Positions 1 to 10,507 of a DNA stretch of 64,000 nucleotides are shown here, piece after piece; position 1 is the first letter of the stretch; every line of letters starts with the position of its first letter. Below the pieces are notes generated by a model. That model was given only the letters and a program-made list of their open reading frames with translations. It was not told the DNA's origin and searched no databases. Origin of the DNA: a virus; the IMG/VR virus record IMGVR_UViG_3300049595_004364, positions 3,322 to 67,321 of that record; one strand, given 5' to 3'. The position numbers were made by a program, and so were the translations under genes.

Positions 1-2
1 TT

Positions 3-1229
3 CTTACTGAGTTTATAGATATCACAAAATCAGAGGCTGAAAATTACTATAAAGCTGTAGTAATTTTCAAAGGATTTACTCCACCAGAAAGCAAAGGTAC
101 GCCTAACAGGTATAAACTATCGGAACTTACAATAACACAAGGTGAGGTTATATTTTGGGAAGTTCCTTCGAGTGCTACCTTAGCTTTAAACATAGAACAC
201 TCTTCTTCTGATGTAGGTAGGTACTCTGAAGAATACATAACTGATATTAGAAACTTTTTAGCTAAAGTTGAACAGTATGCAGCTAAAACAAATGACCCTA
301 AAGCCTCAAAAGTTGTAGCAAATTTACGGCGTTCCGTACAGTTGATGGAAGTCCGCATAAAAGCGTTGGATATGCTATCTAACCAAGTAGGAGAGCAGTT
401 TCCTAGTGGTAAAGTAGATGAAGTTATGGCGTTTTATACCGCAGCTATAGAGCGCGGCGAAGATCTAGGCTTTCATGTACTATACAGGGATAGTATTACG
501 CATTCCTTACAAGCAAGAAGTGTTAAAGTAGACGCTACTATCGAAGCAAAGTTAAAAAATAATAAAAATTTTTTCTTTTTAGGTAGAGCTAGAGCTAACG
601 GTATAAAAGGTAACGTAGAAAAAGCATTCGTTAGAAGTCTTCCATCACTTTTGTGGAGAAGAAGATCACCTAGCCTAGTCGCTGTACAAATATATAATGC
701 ACTAATAGAAATATTTAATCTTAAAGCTAAAAATAAGTTTGCAAAAAACAAAAATAGCAAACAATTAGGCAAAGATTTAAATATATTTATTAAGTTTGCA
801 AAAAAGGCTAAGTTAAACTTTAAGTATGATAAAGTACCTACTGAATTAGAAGGACGAGCTAAAAGAAAGAAAAGAAGTAATCCAACTAGGGTTAATACTA
901 GCAACTTTGGGGGTCAATCTATTCCTACACAACAAATGTTGCCAATACTAAACGCAGAAATTAAACAATACGTTATAAATGAAATGGGCAGGCCTAGTCT
1001 AGAAAATCGCTCAGGAAGATTTGCAGGTAGTGTACGAGTATTAAGCGCGCAAGAAAACGCAGCTGTGCAGTATACTTACCAAAAATTTCCTTATCAAGTT
1101 TTTTCACCCTCAAAAGGCAGAAGACCCTGGGCAACAGAAGAAAGGGACCCTGCAAAAATTATAGATAGGGCTATAAAGAAATTAGGCCAAGACAGGTTCC
1201 AGAAAGTGTTTAGGACAGAAGAAAGATGA
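3..1229 (+). CDS. Tail completion/neck protein (T5 p143-like), 5' partial
   Basis: Frame 3 is open from base 3, upstream of the listed 342 start; C-terminal 'LENRSGRFAGSV...YTYQKFPYQVF...RDPAKII' motif; lies just before the tail terminator. Confidence 0.7.
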   Translation, partial: LTEFIDITKSEAENYYKAVVIFKGFTPPESKGTPNRYKLSELTITQGEVIFWEVPSSATLALNIEHSSSDVGRYSEEYITDIRNFLAKVEQYAAKTNDPKASKVVANLRRSVQLMEVRIKALDMLSNQVGEQFPSGKVDEVMAFYTAAIERGEDLGFHVLYRDSITHSLQARSVKVDATIEAKLKNNKNFFFLGRARANGIKGNVEKAFVRSLPSLLWRRRSPSLVAVQIYNALIEIFNLKAKNKFAKNKNSKQLGKDLNIFIKFAKKAKLNFKYDKVPTELEGRAKRKKRSNPTRVNTSNFGGQSIPTQQMLPILNAEIKQYVINEMGRPSLENRSGRFAGSVRVLSAQENAAVQYTYQKFPYQVFSPSKGRRPWATEERDPAKIIDRAIKKLGQDRFQKVFRTEER

Positions 1230-1678
1230 CAGCACGTATATATTCTACCAGAAGATATGCTCTTGTGGACTCCTTGGTAACCTTATTTAAGCGTATAGAT
1301 GGCACAGGATCATATCTTTCTAGCCTAAATCAAAACGTTTTTAGCAAATTAAAATTCTACGATGAAGTAACTGATTTTCCCACAGTTTGTGTAACAGCAT
1401 CCAATGAGTCCAGACAATACCAAGCAGGCGGATACAGAGATAGATATCTAGAAGTACGCCTGATGGTCTTTGTAAATGAAGAGAACCCATTGAAAAAATG
1501 TGAAGCAATTTTGGAAGATATAGAAACCCTTGTTGAAGATAACGGCAGACTAGCTTATACCGATAGGCAAGGAACTACACAATTTACACATGATATAACA
1601 ATTCTTTCAATCAGTACTGATGAAGGAACGCTGGATCCCATCTCCATTGGCGAGATGACACTAAGGGTTCATTATTAA
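1226..1678 (+). CDS. Tail terminator protein (T5 p142-like)
   Basis: 150 aa, 'FPTVCV...ESRQY' and 'LEDIETLVEDN' motifs; immediately before the tail tube gene. Confidence 0.75.
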   Translation: MTARIYSTRRYALVDSLVTLFKRIDGTGSYLSSLNQNVFSKLKFYDEVTDFPTVCVTASNESRQYQAGGYRDRYLEVRLMVFVNEENPLKKCEAILEDIETLVEDNGRLAYTDRQGTTQFTHDITILSISTDEGTLDPISIGEMTLRVHY

Positions 1679-1686
1679 GGAAAAAT

Positions 1687-3153
1687 ATGGCTATATTTCT
1701 AAAACGCGATACTAAGGTGTATCTGCAAAAAACTGTGGGAGCAGTATCTGCAATCTGGGAAATCCCAGTACTGGATGGCTTCACATTTACGCAGGCTAAC
1801 ACCACCTCAGAAGTTACACTAAATGAAATGGAAAGCAGCAATGGTTACTCTAAGCGTGGACGTAGAGCTTTTAACGATGCTCTAGCTCCTGCTGATTGGT
1901 CATTTTCTACTTACATTCGCCCATTTAAATCTAGCATTGCTTACAGTTCAGTTGCTACTACTGGTACGGGTGCTGGTGGAAGCAACAATACATTTGCTGT
2001 CGAAGAACAACTTTGGGCAAACTTTGTTGGTAAAGGTGGCTGGACTACGTCAGCATCAGGTATCCTAACTCTGGGTACTATTACTATTGCAAGTGGAGTT
2101 AACGGTACTTATCAAATAGATCAGAATGAGTTTACTACTAATGGACCTGGTTTTGGCGCTACTTTTATTGTAGAGGTTACAGGGTTAACTACAGCTTCCG
2201 TAAGTGTTGTTAACCCTGGTACTGGTTATGTTGTTGGCAACTCAATTACTATTCCAGGGTCTGCTTTAGGTGGTTCAGGTAACTTAACAACTACCGTTGC
2301 AACTCTTACAGCTGGTGAAACCTCTGCCTACGATTCGGAATCAGAAAACTTTACTAGAGATTCTACTGACCTCAATATTAGTTTTGCAGGATCGGGTGTT
2401 GGAACACTGGGTACTTTCGACCTGTTTTTTGTTATGGGTGCTACTACTGCTACTAGCTTAAACTATGCAGCTAGTTCCACAATTGAAATTTTCAAGCTAA
2501 CAAACTGTGTTGTTAACGAAGCAACTATAAACTTTGAAGTTGATGGTATTGCTATGATTGACTGGTCAGGTAATGCTTCTACTCTTACAACTGAAGCAAC
2601 TTTCAACGCTGGAGCAGCTATTACAGAAGGTACAACACTTACAAGTAACTTTATTCGCAATAAGCTAACAGCTCTTTCTCTTGTATCTAATACTGGCGTA
2701 ACGAGAACAGCTTTCCCTGGCGCAGCTACAAATGGTGTTTATAACATCACGCTTACAGGTGGTTCAATTACTTTTAGCAATAATGTTACGTATCTAACAC
2801 CTGAAGTCCTAGGAGTTGTTAACCAGCCAATCGGCCACATTACAGGTAACAAATCGGTTTCTGGAAACTTTACAGCATATGTAGACTTTGGCCTAGCAGG
2901 GGATTCCGGATCATTATTTGATGCAGCTACCAGCGCAAATGCTAGAAGCATTGTTACTAACTCGTTTGCTTTAACATTTAAAGTTGGTGGAACATCAGCA
3001 ACTCCACGTTTTGAAATTTCCCTACCAACAGCTCACCTAGAAATTCCAACAATTCAGACTGAAGATGTTATAGCAGTTGACGTTGCGTTTAGTGGTCTTC
3101 CATCTACTATTACAAGCAATGATGAAGCTACACTTACTTATGTCGGTGCATAG
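1687..3153 (+). CDS. Major tail tube protein (T5 pb6-like) with an inserted beta-rich domain
   Basis: 'RDTKVY...WEIPVLDGFTFTQ...FNDALAPADWSFSTYIRP' resembles pb6; AAGGA RBS; followed by a terminator. Confidence 0.85.
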   Translation: MAIFLKRDTKVYLQKTVGAVSAIWEIPVLDGFTFTQANTTSEVTLNEMESSNGYSKRGRRAFNDALAPADWSFSTYIRPFKSSIAYSSVATTGTGAGGSNNTFAVEEQLWANFVGKGGWTTSASGILTLGTITIASGVNGTYQIDQNEFTTNGPGFGATFIVEVTGLTTASVSVVNPGTGYVVGNSITIPGSALGGSGNLTTTVATLTAGETSAYDSESENFTRDSTDLNISFAGSGVGTLGTFDLFFVMGATTATSLNYAASSTIEIFKLTNCVVNEATINFEVDGIAMIDWSGNASTLTTEATFNAGAAITEGTTLTSNFIRNKLTALSLVSNTGVTRTAFPGAATNGVYNITLTGGSITFSNNVTYLTPEVLGVVNQPIGHITGNKSVSGNFTAYVDFGLAGDSGSLFDAATSANARSIVTNSFALTFKVGGTSATPRFEISLPTAHLEIPTIQTEDVIAVDVAFSGLPSTITSNDEATLTYVGA

Positions 3154-3193
3154 AAAAATTTAACTTGACAAAAAATTGTCAATAAGATATATT
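3154..3193 (+). promoter_or_regulatory. Sigma70-type promoter for the tail chaperone/TMP genes
   Basis: A-tract, TTGACA (3165-3170), 17 nt spacer, TATATT (3188-3193). Confidence 0.7.
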
Positions 3194-3227
3194 ATAGTGG
3201 CAGATTGACGTCTGCCACTATTTTTTT
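3194..3227 (+). terminator. Rho-independent terminator after the tail tube gene
   Basis: ATAGTGGCAGA-ttgacg-TCTGCCACTAT followed by a T-run. Confidence 0.8.
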
Positions 3228-3238
3228 AAGGAGTAAAA

Positions 3239-3646
3239 ATGAAATTAACTACATATCTAAAAACAAAACTTGAGGCCTGGGTTCCATTAGAAGGCTTTGA
3301 TGGCTTTGAAGTAAAAGTCGCTTATCTATCAAGAGAAGAGCTGACTAAACTTCGTAACTCAGTTACGAGAGTTGCTTTCAACCCAAAAACCAGACAAAGA
3401 GAAGATAATATTGATTCCGAACTTTTTGTAAAAGAGTTTGTTAAAGCTGTCGTACTTGATTGGAAGGGCCTAACACTTGATATCGCATCAAAACTTCTGC
3501 CTCTAGACGTTCCTGCGGATGTTGATCTTTCTCAAGAAATTGAATTCTCACAAGAGAGTGCCTTGGATCTAAGCAAAAACTCACCAGTGTTCGACGGTTG
3601 GTTAAATGATGTTACTTTTGATCTAGAACGCTTTCGTACAAGATGA
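3239..3646 (+). CDS. Tail assembly chaperone (gpG-like)
   Basis: Between tail tube and tape measure; 'VLDWKGL' motif; AAGGAG RBS. Confidence 0.8.
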   Translation: MKLTTYLKTKLEAWVPLEGFDGFEVKVAYLSREELTKLRNSVTRVAFNPKTRQREDNIDSELFVKEFVKAVVLDWKGLTLDIASKLLPLDVPADVDLSQEIEFSQESALDLSKNSPVFDGWLNDVTFDLERFRTR

Positions 3647-4013
3647 AATCGAAGATTCTTTAGAAACTCTTGACAAGTTTCTAAAACAACCTGAAGGTCT
3701 TAGTAAAGATAAATACTATGCCCTAATGGAGCAGCTAGGCAAAGAGCCCGACAATCCGCCAATAGGTTATGAGGATTTGTGCCCAGATTGCCAAATAGCA
3801 CTAAATATATATAATAGACTCGGTAACCGTGTTTACGGGGATGTAGGTTTTGTAGGTAAAGACTACACTAATCTCCCCATTCTCATCGAAGTCTTTGAAA
3901 TAACCAACAAGAATTATCTTATAGACCTGTTAAATGTGCTAGACTCATTTAACATAGATAAATCTCAAAAAGGTATGAAGAAGATGATGGATGATATAAA
4001 GAAGAAAAAATGA
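3633..4013 (+). CDS. Tail assembly chaperone C-terminal part (gpT-like), probably reached by +1 frameshift
   Basis: The frame of ORF 3726-4013 is open back into the end of the gpG-like ORF; no clear RBS before ATG 3726. Confidence 0.65.
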   Translation, partial: FVQDEIEDSLETLDKFLKQPEGLSKDKYYALMEQLGKEPDNPPIGYEDLCPDCQIALNIYNRLGNRVYGDVGFVGKDYTNLPILIEVFEITNKNYLIDLLNVLDSFNIDKSQKGMKKMMDDIKKKK

Positions 4014-7000
4014 GTATTAGATTACGTGCAGTACTTGAAATGTTCACCAAAGGAACAGACAAGGCCCAAAAAGAAGTAGGTGGAATTAATCAGCAGCTTG
4101 ATCAAGCTGCTGATAATGCTGCGCGTATGAATAAAACTCTTTCTCAAACTCGGGTTGGACAAGGTGCAATGGCTCGTGCGGGAGTACCCGACGTGAGCGA
4201 TACACGAACCTATAGAACACAACGAGGCGTAACCGGCGCCAGAGGGGCGCAAGGTAGGGACTTTGCGGCTATGGCACAAAGTGGCGGCGGAACAGGCATT
4301 GTTGCAGCTTACGCTGAAGTAGCCTCGACCCTATTTGCTGTTACGGCCGGTTTTATGGCGCTGTCTAACGCAGCTAAAGTAGATCAAATTACTAAAGGCT
4401 TAGAAATAATGGGGGCCACTGCAGGGGTAACCCTTAGTAATACTGCTAAAGGGTTACAAGAAGTAACTGGATTTGGCATTACTGCAGCAGAATCAATGAG
4501 AACAGTTGCTTTAGCTACATCTGCGGGTTTTTCAAAAGATGAAATAGAAGCTCTAGGTAAAGTTGCCAAGGGTGCTTCTATTGCACTTGGTAGAGACTTA
4601 GGCGACTCTATGGATAGACTTATTAAAGGTACTGTTAAATTAGAACCAGAATTACTCGATGAATTGGGTATTATGGTTAGGTTAGACGATGCTGTACGAG
4701 ACTACGCATTAGCTAATAATAAAACAGCTTCATCACTAACCCAATTAGAAAAAAGGCAGGCGTTTGCTAATGCTGTTGCAGCCGAAGGTTTAAAAAAGTT
4801 TGGAGATTTGGCAGAAAATGCTGACGCGAATCCTTATGATAAATTAGCTGCATCAGTTAAAGAGCTAGGTACAGAAGTATTATCTTTTATTAATATAGTT
4901 CTTAAACCTTTTATAGATGCCATGATAGCTGTTCCAGCATTGGCTTTATTACCTTTTACGTATTTGTTACAAACTGTATCATCTAAACTATTACCTACAT
5001 TTGATTCAGCTATGGAAAAAGCTGGGGGTACTACAGAAAAATATGCTAGAAAATTAACTGTGATTCGTGATAGAAGTGACGAAATTACAGGGTCTATGAA
5101 AGCTGCTAATGATTCATTAGTAGCCCAAGGGAAAGCATTTTCAAACTTACAAGCACAACCAGGTATGGCAAATCGTAAAAGTCAAATTATTGGCCCTGGA
5201 CTAGTTTCCCCAGAACTATCGGGTATATCTGAGAAACAATTAATAAAAGCTATAGATGAAGAAATACTATCAATTAAACAAAAGTTAGTTACTGCTGAAG
5301 GTGCCCATACTACTAGGTTAACGAACCAAAGAGATACGTTAGTTTCTATTAAACAAAAATTAACAGAAATAAAAAAAGAGCATAATGAAATTTTAAGAAT
5401 TAGAAATCAAGAAATAGCGGCGCAAGCACAGTTGAACGCGCAAACGGCTCAGCAAGGTATACTTACAGAATTTAATAGCAATGTATTTTCTAAAGGGTTA
5501 CTAGGAGCTACTTTAACTGGACTTGGAGATGTCTGGAGTGGTATTATAGTTCCAAACTTTAAAGAGGCAGATAAAGTAGGAAAAGGTCTAAACGGTACAC
5601 TTACCGGAACTGCTATTAGATTTAAAGCTCTGGGTATTGCTGCTGCTACGGCTGGAAGACTTATAGGTATGGCGTTTCTTCAAGCTATACCTATTATAGG
5701 CCAGTTAGTAATGGTAGGAACCATAATTTTTTCAATTTTTGCCGCTTTTGAAAGTGAAGCTAGTAAACAAAAAAAGAAACTATTAGAAAACTTAAAAAGT
5801 ATAAATGAAAATGCTAAAGAAGTTGAAAAACAAATAGATAAAGCATTTGAGAGAAGGGACTATGGTGCTGGATTTCAGGCAGCAATTAATAGTTTAGTTG
5901 AGATTGTAGCTGCTTTAAAAGAAATAAATGATCTGGCTAATAAACCAATTGCACCTCAGGGAGGTATAAAAGGGTCTTCTTGGTTTGATCCTGCATGGCT
6001 ACAAAAGATTTTTAATACTGATGCTGCTCTTGCTGCTACTGGAGATCTTCGCGCGCGTATGGATATTACCAAAGAAGAAGCAGCAGCCTTAAATAATATT
6101 GTATCTAGAGCTATAGATATAAAAGGTTTAGAATACGGAAGAAAAGTTCAAAGAGAAATTATAGAAGCAGGAAAAGATTATCTTCCTATTGTAGAAAGAG
6201 AAAGCAAAAGTGTAGAAGGTATAGCAAATTCATGGTCTGCTGTTGGCGAAGAAGCTAGCAATGCGGCAAAAACGCTAAAAAAACTTTATGGCAAACCAAT
6301 TACAGAAACAGAATACACCCCTGTTATCGCTTCATTAATTAGTATACAAAGAGAAGCTAATGCAATTACACTTGCTTTTAAAGAAGCAGAAGCAGATTCA
6401 ACTACAGCTGTAGCAGGTATATACTCTAATATTGTCAAGGGAGGAGCAGACTTCTCTGCTGAGTTAGATAGAATTAATCAAGATTCATCATATAGCTTTT
6501 CAAAAACATTTAATCAGTATAAAGCTCTTGAGGCAGAAATACAAGCTATGCGAAAAGCGGGTGCGCCGGAAGCAGATGTTCAAAAAGTAATTAATGAACA
6601 AAACATATTAGCAGGTGAAGCTGTAGTAAGGCTTACAGAAGGCGAACTTATTATTAAAGGAAAAATCAGAGATACCGAACAGTTTATACTTGATAGAAGA
6701 AAAGCAATATTAGACTTAACTAAAAAACAAAATGATTTAGAAAAAAGTATAGCGCAAAAAGTTTCCGATATTGCCAAAGATAGTAGAGATATACAAAGGC
6801 TAAGATCTTTTGGTACTACGGAAGTTTCACCGGCTACTGCTTTACAGGATGAGCTGGATAACGCTAAAGAAAAAGCACGGATTGAAAATATCGGGTATAG
6901 TACTAGAGCAAAACTTATAGCCCTAGAATTTGAGTTAGAAGCTCTTAAGTTACAAAGAGCACAAATAACTCTTGAAAATGCTGTTAATACTATAGCTGCT

Positions 7001-8668
7001 TTTAGTAGTGGGGCAAACAAAACTGGAAAAGAGATTGCTTCTGAAATTTTTAAAGGACTGGGGGAAGATAAATCCTTTGATAATTTTGTAAAAGCAATCA
7101 AAAGCAAAACCTTTTTAGACCCTTCTACCTCTTTTGCAACTACCATTGATTTTAGCCCAGAACAGATAAATTCTTTGTGGGATTATGCTACAGGTTTAGA
7201 CTACACAGCCAAATCTAAAGAAGCTTTAGCTGCAATATCTACGCTACAAACAACATTATTAGGGTTAGAAACAGACGCTAACCAGTCTGCAGTTGATGTT
7301 ATACAAGCAAAAATTGAGGCCTATAATTCCCTACGTAATATTGAATTAAGAAGAATTGAAGACAATAAAAGAACTTTAGATCAGGCTGAACAATTACTAG
7401 CTACTGAAAGAAAAACTCAAGAATCTCTTATTGAAACAGAAAGAATGCTTGAAGATATTAATAGACGCAGAGTAGGGGCACCACTCCCTCCACAGTTAGA
7501 TCTTACAAGGCAAATCGAAGACCAAAAAACACTAATAGCAAACTTGTTGCAAGATAGAAAAAATTTAGAAGATAAGCAACAGCAAACAATTGCTACTGCG
7601 GGAGAAAATCTTATTTTATCTTTTAAAAGATATTTTGACGCTAAATTTGATGAAAATATTGATCCAACTGTATTACAAGAGGCAGCTGAAAACCTTACTA
7701 GGGCTAGAGACATTGCTGATGCTGCTACAATTCAAGGTGCTGCTACTATGAAAGACTTTGACGCTGCTATGGTAAAAGCAAAAATAGCATTAATCAGCTT
7801 AGAATCCTCTCTAGCTACTGTAGACAGCGTAATTAGAGATGCTAAAAATCAAGGGAGAGATAACCTCGCAATATCTAAAGCAGGAGCAGGAATGAGCTTG
7901 TTAGGAGCGGGGGGTACATTTAACTCTCTTGTAGAGCAAGCAGCCAAAGACCAAAAATATGGCGGTGATATATCCAAATTACTTGCGGATGATGAAGCCA
8001 TGGCTAAAATAAGACAAGCTTCTACAGAAATAGAGTTTATGAATATTCAAGCAGAAGGTCTAAAAAGTACTTTTGAAAATATTAGAACAGGCATAGAAGG
8101 TGCATTTATGTCAATAATTGATGGATCCAAAAACGCTAAACAAGCATTTGGTGAAATGGCAGCAGCAATAATTAAAGATATTGCTGCTATGATTATTAAA
8201 ATGTTAGTCTTTAAAACTATAGAGATGGGGTTAAATTTCCTGATGCCAGGGTTAGGTATAGGAGTTAGCACCGGAGCTAGTACTGCCATGCACGCTACTC
8301 CAGGTAGTAACATTAGAGGTAGAGCTAATGGAGGCCTTATTGCATTAGCTAACGGAGGCATAATGGATGCCAGAGGTGGTCTGCAAGGAATTGTTTCTAA
8401 ACCAACATATCTTGTTGGCGAAGGTCGTTACAACGAAGCGGTAGTCCCACTTCCTAATGGCAAGTCAATTCCGGTTCAAATGCACGGTGGTGGGCAGAGT
8501 AACAATGTGGCAGTTAACGTTAACATATCAAACTCTGGTCAAGTTCAAACAGAAACCCAGGGGCAAGATATGGGCAACCTAGGTCAGGCAATCGCAGTTG
8601 CAGTTCAAAAAGAGCTTATTGCTCAAAAGATGCCAGGAGGTATCCTGAATAGATATGGAGCTGCATGA
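4010..8668 (+). CDS. Tape measure protein
   Basis: 1552 aa, helical/coiled-coil, hydrophobic segments, C-terminal 'ANGG...LVGEG...EAVVPL' motif. Confidence 0.92.
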   Translation: MSIRLRAVLEMFTKGTDKAQKEVGGINQQLDQAADNAARMNKTLSQTRVGQGAMARAGVPDVSDTRTYRTQRGVTGARGAQGRDFAAMAQSGGGTGIVAAYAEVASTLFAVTAGFMALSNAAKVDQITKGLEIMGATAGVTLSNTAKGLQEVTGFGITAAESMRTVALATSAGFSKDEIEALGKVAKGASIALGRDLGDSMDRLIKGTVKLEPELLDELGIMVRLDDAVRDYALANNKTASSLTQLEKRQAFANAVAAEGLKKFGDLAENADANPYDKLAASVKELGTEVLSFINIVLKPFIDAMIAVPALALLPFTYLLQTVSSKLLPTFDSAMEKAGGTTEKYARKLTVIRDRSDEITGSMKAANDSLVAQGKAFSNLQAQPGMANRKSQIIGPGLVSPELSGISEKQLIKAIDEEILSIKQKLVTAEGAHTTRLTNQRDTLVSIKQKLTEIKKEHNEILRIRNQEIAAQAQLNAQTAQQGILTEFNSNVFSKGLLGATLTGLGDVWSGIIVPNFKEADKVGKGLNGTLTGTAIRFKALGIAAATAGRLIGMAFLQAIPIIGQLVMVGTIIFSIFAAFESEASKQKKKLLENLKSINENAKEVEKQIDKAFERRDYGAGFQAAINSLVEIVAALKEINDLANKPIAPQGGIKGSSWFDPAWLQKIFNTDAALAATGDLRARMDITKEEAAALNNIVSRAIDIKGLEYGRKVQREIIEAGKDYLPIVERESKSVEGIANSWSAVGEEASNAAKTLKKLYGKPITETEYTPVIASLISIQREANAITLAFKEAEADSTTAVAGIYSNIVKGGADFSAELDRINQDSSYSFSKTFNQYKALEAEIQAMRKAGAPEADVQKVINEQNILAGEAVVRLTEGELIIKGKIRDTEQFILDRRKAILDLTKKQNDLEKSIAQKVSDIAKDSRDIQRLRSFGTTEVSPATALQDELDNAKEKARIENIGYSTRAKLIALEFELEALKLQRAQITLENAVNTIAAFSSGANKTGKEIASEIFKGLGEDKSFDNFVKAIKSKTFLDPSTSFATTIDFSPEQINSLWDYATGLDYTAKSKEALAAISTLQTTLLGLETDANQSAVDVIQAKIEAYNSLRNIELRRIEDNKRTLDQAEQLLATERKTQESLIETERMLEDINRRRVGAPLPPQLDLTRQIEDQKTLIANLLQDRKNLEDKQQQTIATAGENLILSFKRYFDAKFDENIDPTVLQEAAENLTRARDIADAATIQGAATMKDFDAAMVKAKIALISLESSLATVDSVIRDAKNQGRDNLAISKAGAGMSLLGAGGTFNSLVEQAAKDQKYGGDISKLLADDEAMAKIRQASTEIEFMNIQAEGLKSTFENIRTGIEGAFMSIIDGSKNAKQAFGEMAAAIIKDIAAMIIKMLVFKTIEMGLNFLMPGLGIGVSTGASTAMHATPGSNIRGRANGGLIALANGGIMDARGGLQGIVSKPTYLVGEGRYNEAVVPLPNGKSIPVQMHGGGQSNNVAVNVNISNSGQVQTETQGQDMGNLGQAIAVAVQKELIAQKMPGGILNRYGAA

Positions 8669-9063
8669 GCTATTTCATAATACCAACATCAAGTGGATTA
8701 GTTAGCACTAACACTACTATTTACTTTGATAATGGACTCTCTATATCTAATACGCCTAATAAAAAAGTAATGAAATTTGGGGATGGATACTCGCTATCCA
8801 TCCCCTTATCGCCCCTCAGAAGAGACTTTAATTTTTCATTATCTAATAGAGAGCCTGCTACTATAAATCTAGTAGAAAGTTACTTTAAATTTCTACAGGC
8901 ACTTGTCAATGAAAGTACAGCAAGTAAACTAATCAATGGACTTAACATATTTGATAGAAACGTAAATGGAGAACTACTATCCTTTAATAAAATTTATTCT
9001 AGGTATTATGAATCAAATGGAGCGTACACTATTAGTGGCTCAATAAGAGAGGTCTTTAGGTGA
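8665..9063 (+). CDS. Distal/minor tail protein (lambda gpM-like)
   Basis: 'KFGDGYS' motif; directly after TMP. Confidence 0.6.
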   Translation: MSYFIIPTSSGLVSTNTTIYFDNGLSISNTPNKKVMKFGDGYSLSIPLSPLRRDFNFSLSNREPATINLVESYFKFLQALVNESTASKLINGLNIFDRNVNGELLSFNKIYSRYYESNGAYTISGSIREVFR

Positions 9064-9422
9064 TTTATTTTATTATACCCGCTGGCACATATGGCGGAAT
9101 AACCACAGCAGAACTCACAGTAAATCTTGATAGGGAACTATCTAATAGTATTTCTATGAGTACTATACAGGATGGTCAAATAATAGAGCAAAGTAGACCC
9201 GACGGTATTAATAACGTAAAAGAAGATTTGTCATTTACGATAAAAAACAACCTTAATGCTAAACTTATTGATAGGTACTTCACGACTTTAAATGGTACCG
9301 GAACAATAAATATAGTTTTTCCAGAAGTAACAAAAAAAGTAGTTATAAATAGCTGGACAGTAAATGTAAAGCATGCGCTATACCCAGATATTTCTGTAAA
9401 CGCTGAAAGAGTCTATCTATGA
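9060..9422 (+). CDS. Second minor tail protein (gpM-like paralogue)
   Basis: 'EQSRPDGINN' and 'IDRYF' motifs; N-terminal 'YFIIP' shared with the previous ORF. Confidence 0.55.
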   Translation: MIYFIIPAGTYGGITTAELTVNLDRELSNSISMSTIQDGQIIEQSRPDGINNVKEDLSFTIKNNLNAKLIDRYFTTLNGTGTINIVFPEVTKKVVINSWTVNVKHALYPDISVNAERVYL

Positions 9423-10507
9423 TACTTGATATTAATAAACAGAGAGTTACATCCGACTTAGTAGAGTTATACCAAGTCCAAGTACCCTCCGGGTATGTTT
9501 ACTTTACTACTTATCCTACTTCAGTTACTTTTAGAGATTATTATTCTCCCTATACAACTCGCACGTATACCCCACTTCCAATTGCTTTTACGGGATACGA
9601 AAGCAAAGCGGATGGTGCGTACTCTAGACCTAGAGTTACTTTTGCTAATGTTCTTACAACATTTAAAGATGCACTAGGATCTAATGACGATCTTATTGGT
9701 AGAAAAGTAATTAGAAGAAAAACACTATTTTCTCAGCTAACTACTGGCAGTGGCTCTACACCCCCTGTAGAATTACCCAAACAAATATTTATAATTGACA
9801 GAATAGAGTCTGAAAGCCCTACACAGGTAATATTTGAACTAGCTGCACCGTTTGATTTAGCTAATATAAAAGTTCCCGGTAGATACATCATTCCTAATAC
9901 ATGTGCCTGGATCTACCAGGGTAATGCTGCGGATAGGTCCCTTCAAAAAATAGGCGGGTGTACTTGGAGAGAAAATAATTCTAACCCAGGATTTGCAGTT
10001 TACTATGATTATAATAACTATTTAATTGCCTCTTCATTCGCAACACATACGGGAGGCTCCTATACTAAAAACGTTCTGTATAGAGTAACTAAAACTCTTA
10101 CTAGAATAAATGAGAATGGATCCACTACTTCTGTTAGCGGCTTTGACTATTGGCAGGCTATTACTAATGGAAGTGGAGTTGTCGTACCTAGCAACTTTAG
10201 AAGATGCAGAGCTTATGTAGCTTATAATGCTAGCACAATATATTATAATTATAAAGAAGGTAGACTATATAGTGATGTAGTGCTTTATAATAATAAAATG
10301 TGGGCATGTACTAAAAGTCATTCAGGCCAGGCTCCTATAGAAGGATCTAACTTCTGGGAAAGAATAGATGTTTGCGCAAAAAAATTATCTTCTTGTGCAG
10401 TAAGGTTTAAAGCAACACAATCTGATGGTGTAACTCTCGTAGATCAAAATGAATCAATAGTACTACCCTATGGAGGTTTCCCTGCTGCAAGAAGATTTAA
10501 TAGATAA
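9419..10507 (+). CDS. Tail tip protein L (lambda gpL-like)
   Basis: 'RPRVTFAN...DLIGRKVIRRKT...FELAAPFD...C-W-Y...DVCAKKLSSC...LPYGGFP' with the Fe-S cysteines. Confidence 0.9.
   Translation: MILDINKQRVTSDLVELYQVQVPSGYVYFTTYPTSVTFRDYYSPYTTRTYTPLPIAFTGYESKADGAYSRPRVTFANVLTTFKDALGSNDDLIGRKVIRRKTLFSQLTTGSGSTPPVELPKQIFIIDRIESESPTQVIFELAAPFDLANIKVPGRYIIPNTCAWIYQGNAADRSLQKIGGCTWRENNSNPGFAVYYDYNNYLIASSFATHTGGSYTKNVLYRVTKTLTRINENGSTTSVSGFDYWQAITNGSGVVVPSNFRRCRAYVAYNASTIYYNYKEGRLYSDVVLYNNKMWACTKSHSGQAPIEGSNFWERIDVCAKKLSSCAVRFKATQSDGVTLVDQNESIVLPYGGFPAARRFNR

Noticed and set aside
3644-3675. Stop readthrough or -1 frameshift in the chaperone
   Set aside because: Frame 0 hits another TGA within nine codons, and the downstream ORF is in the +1 frame
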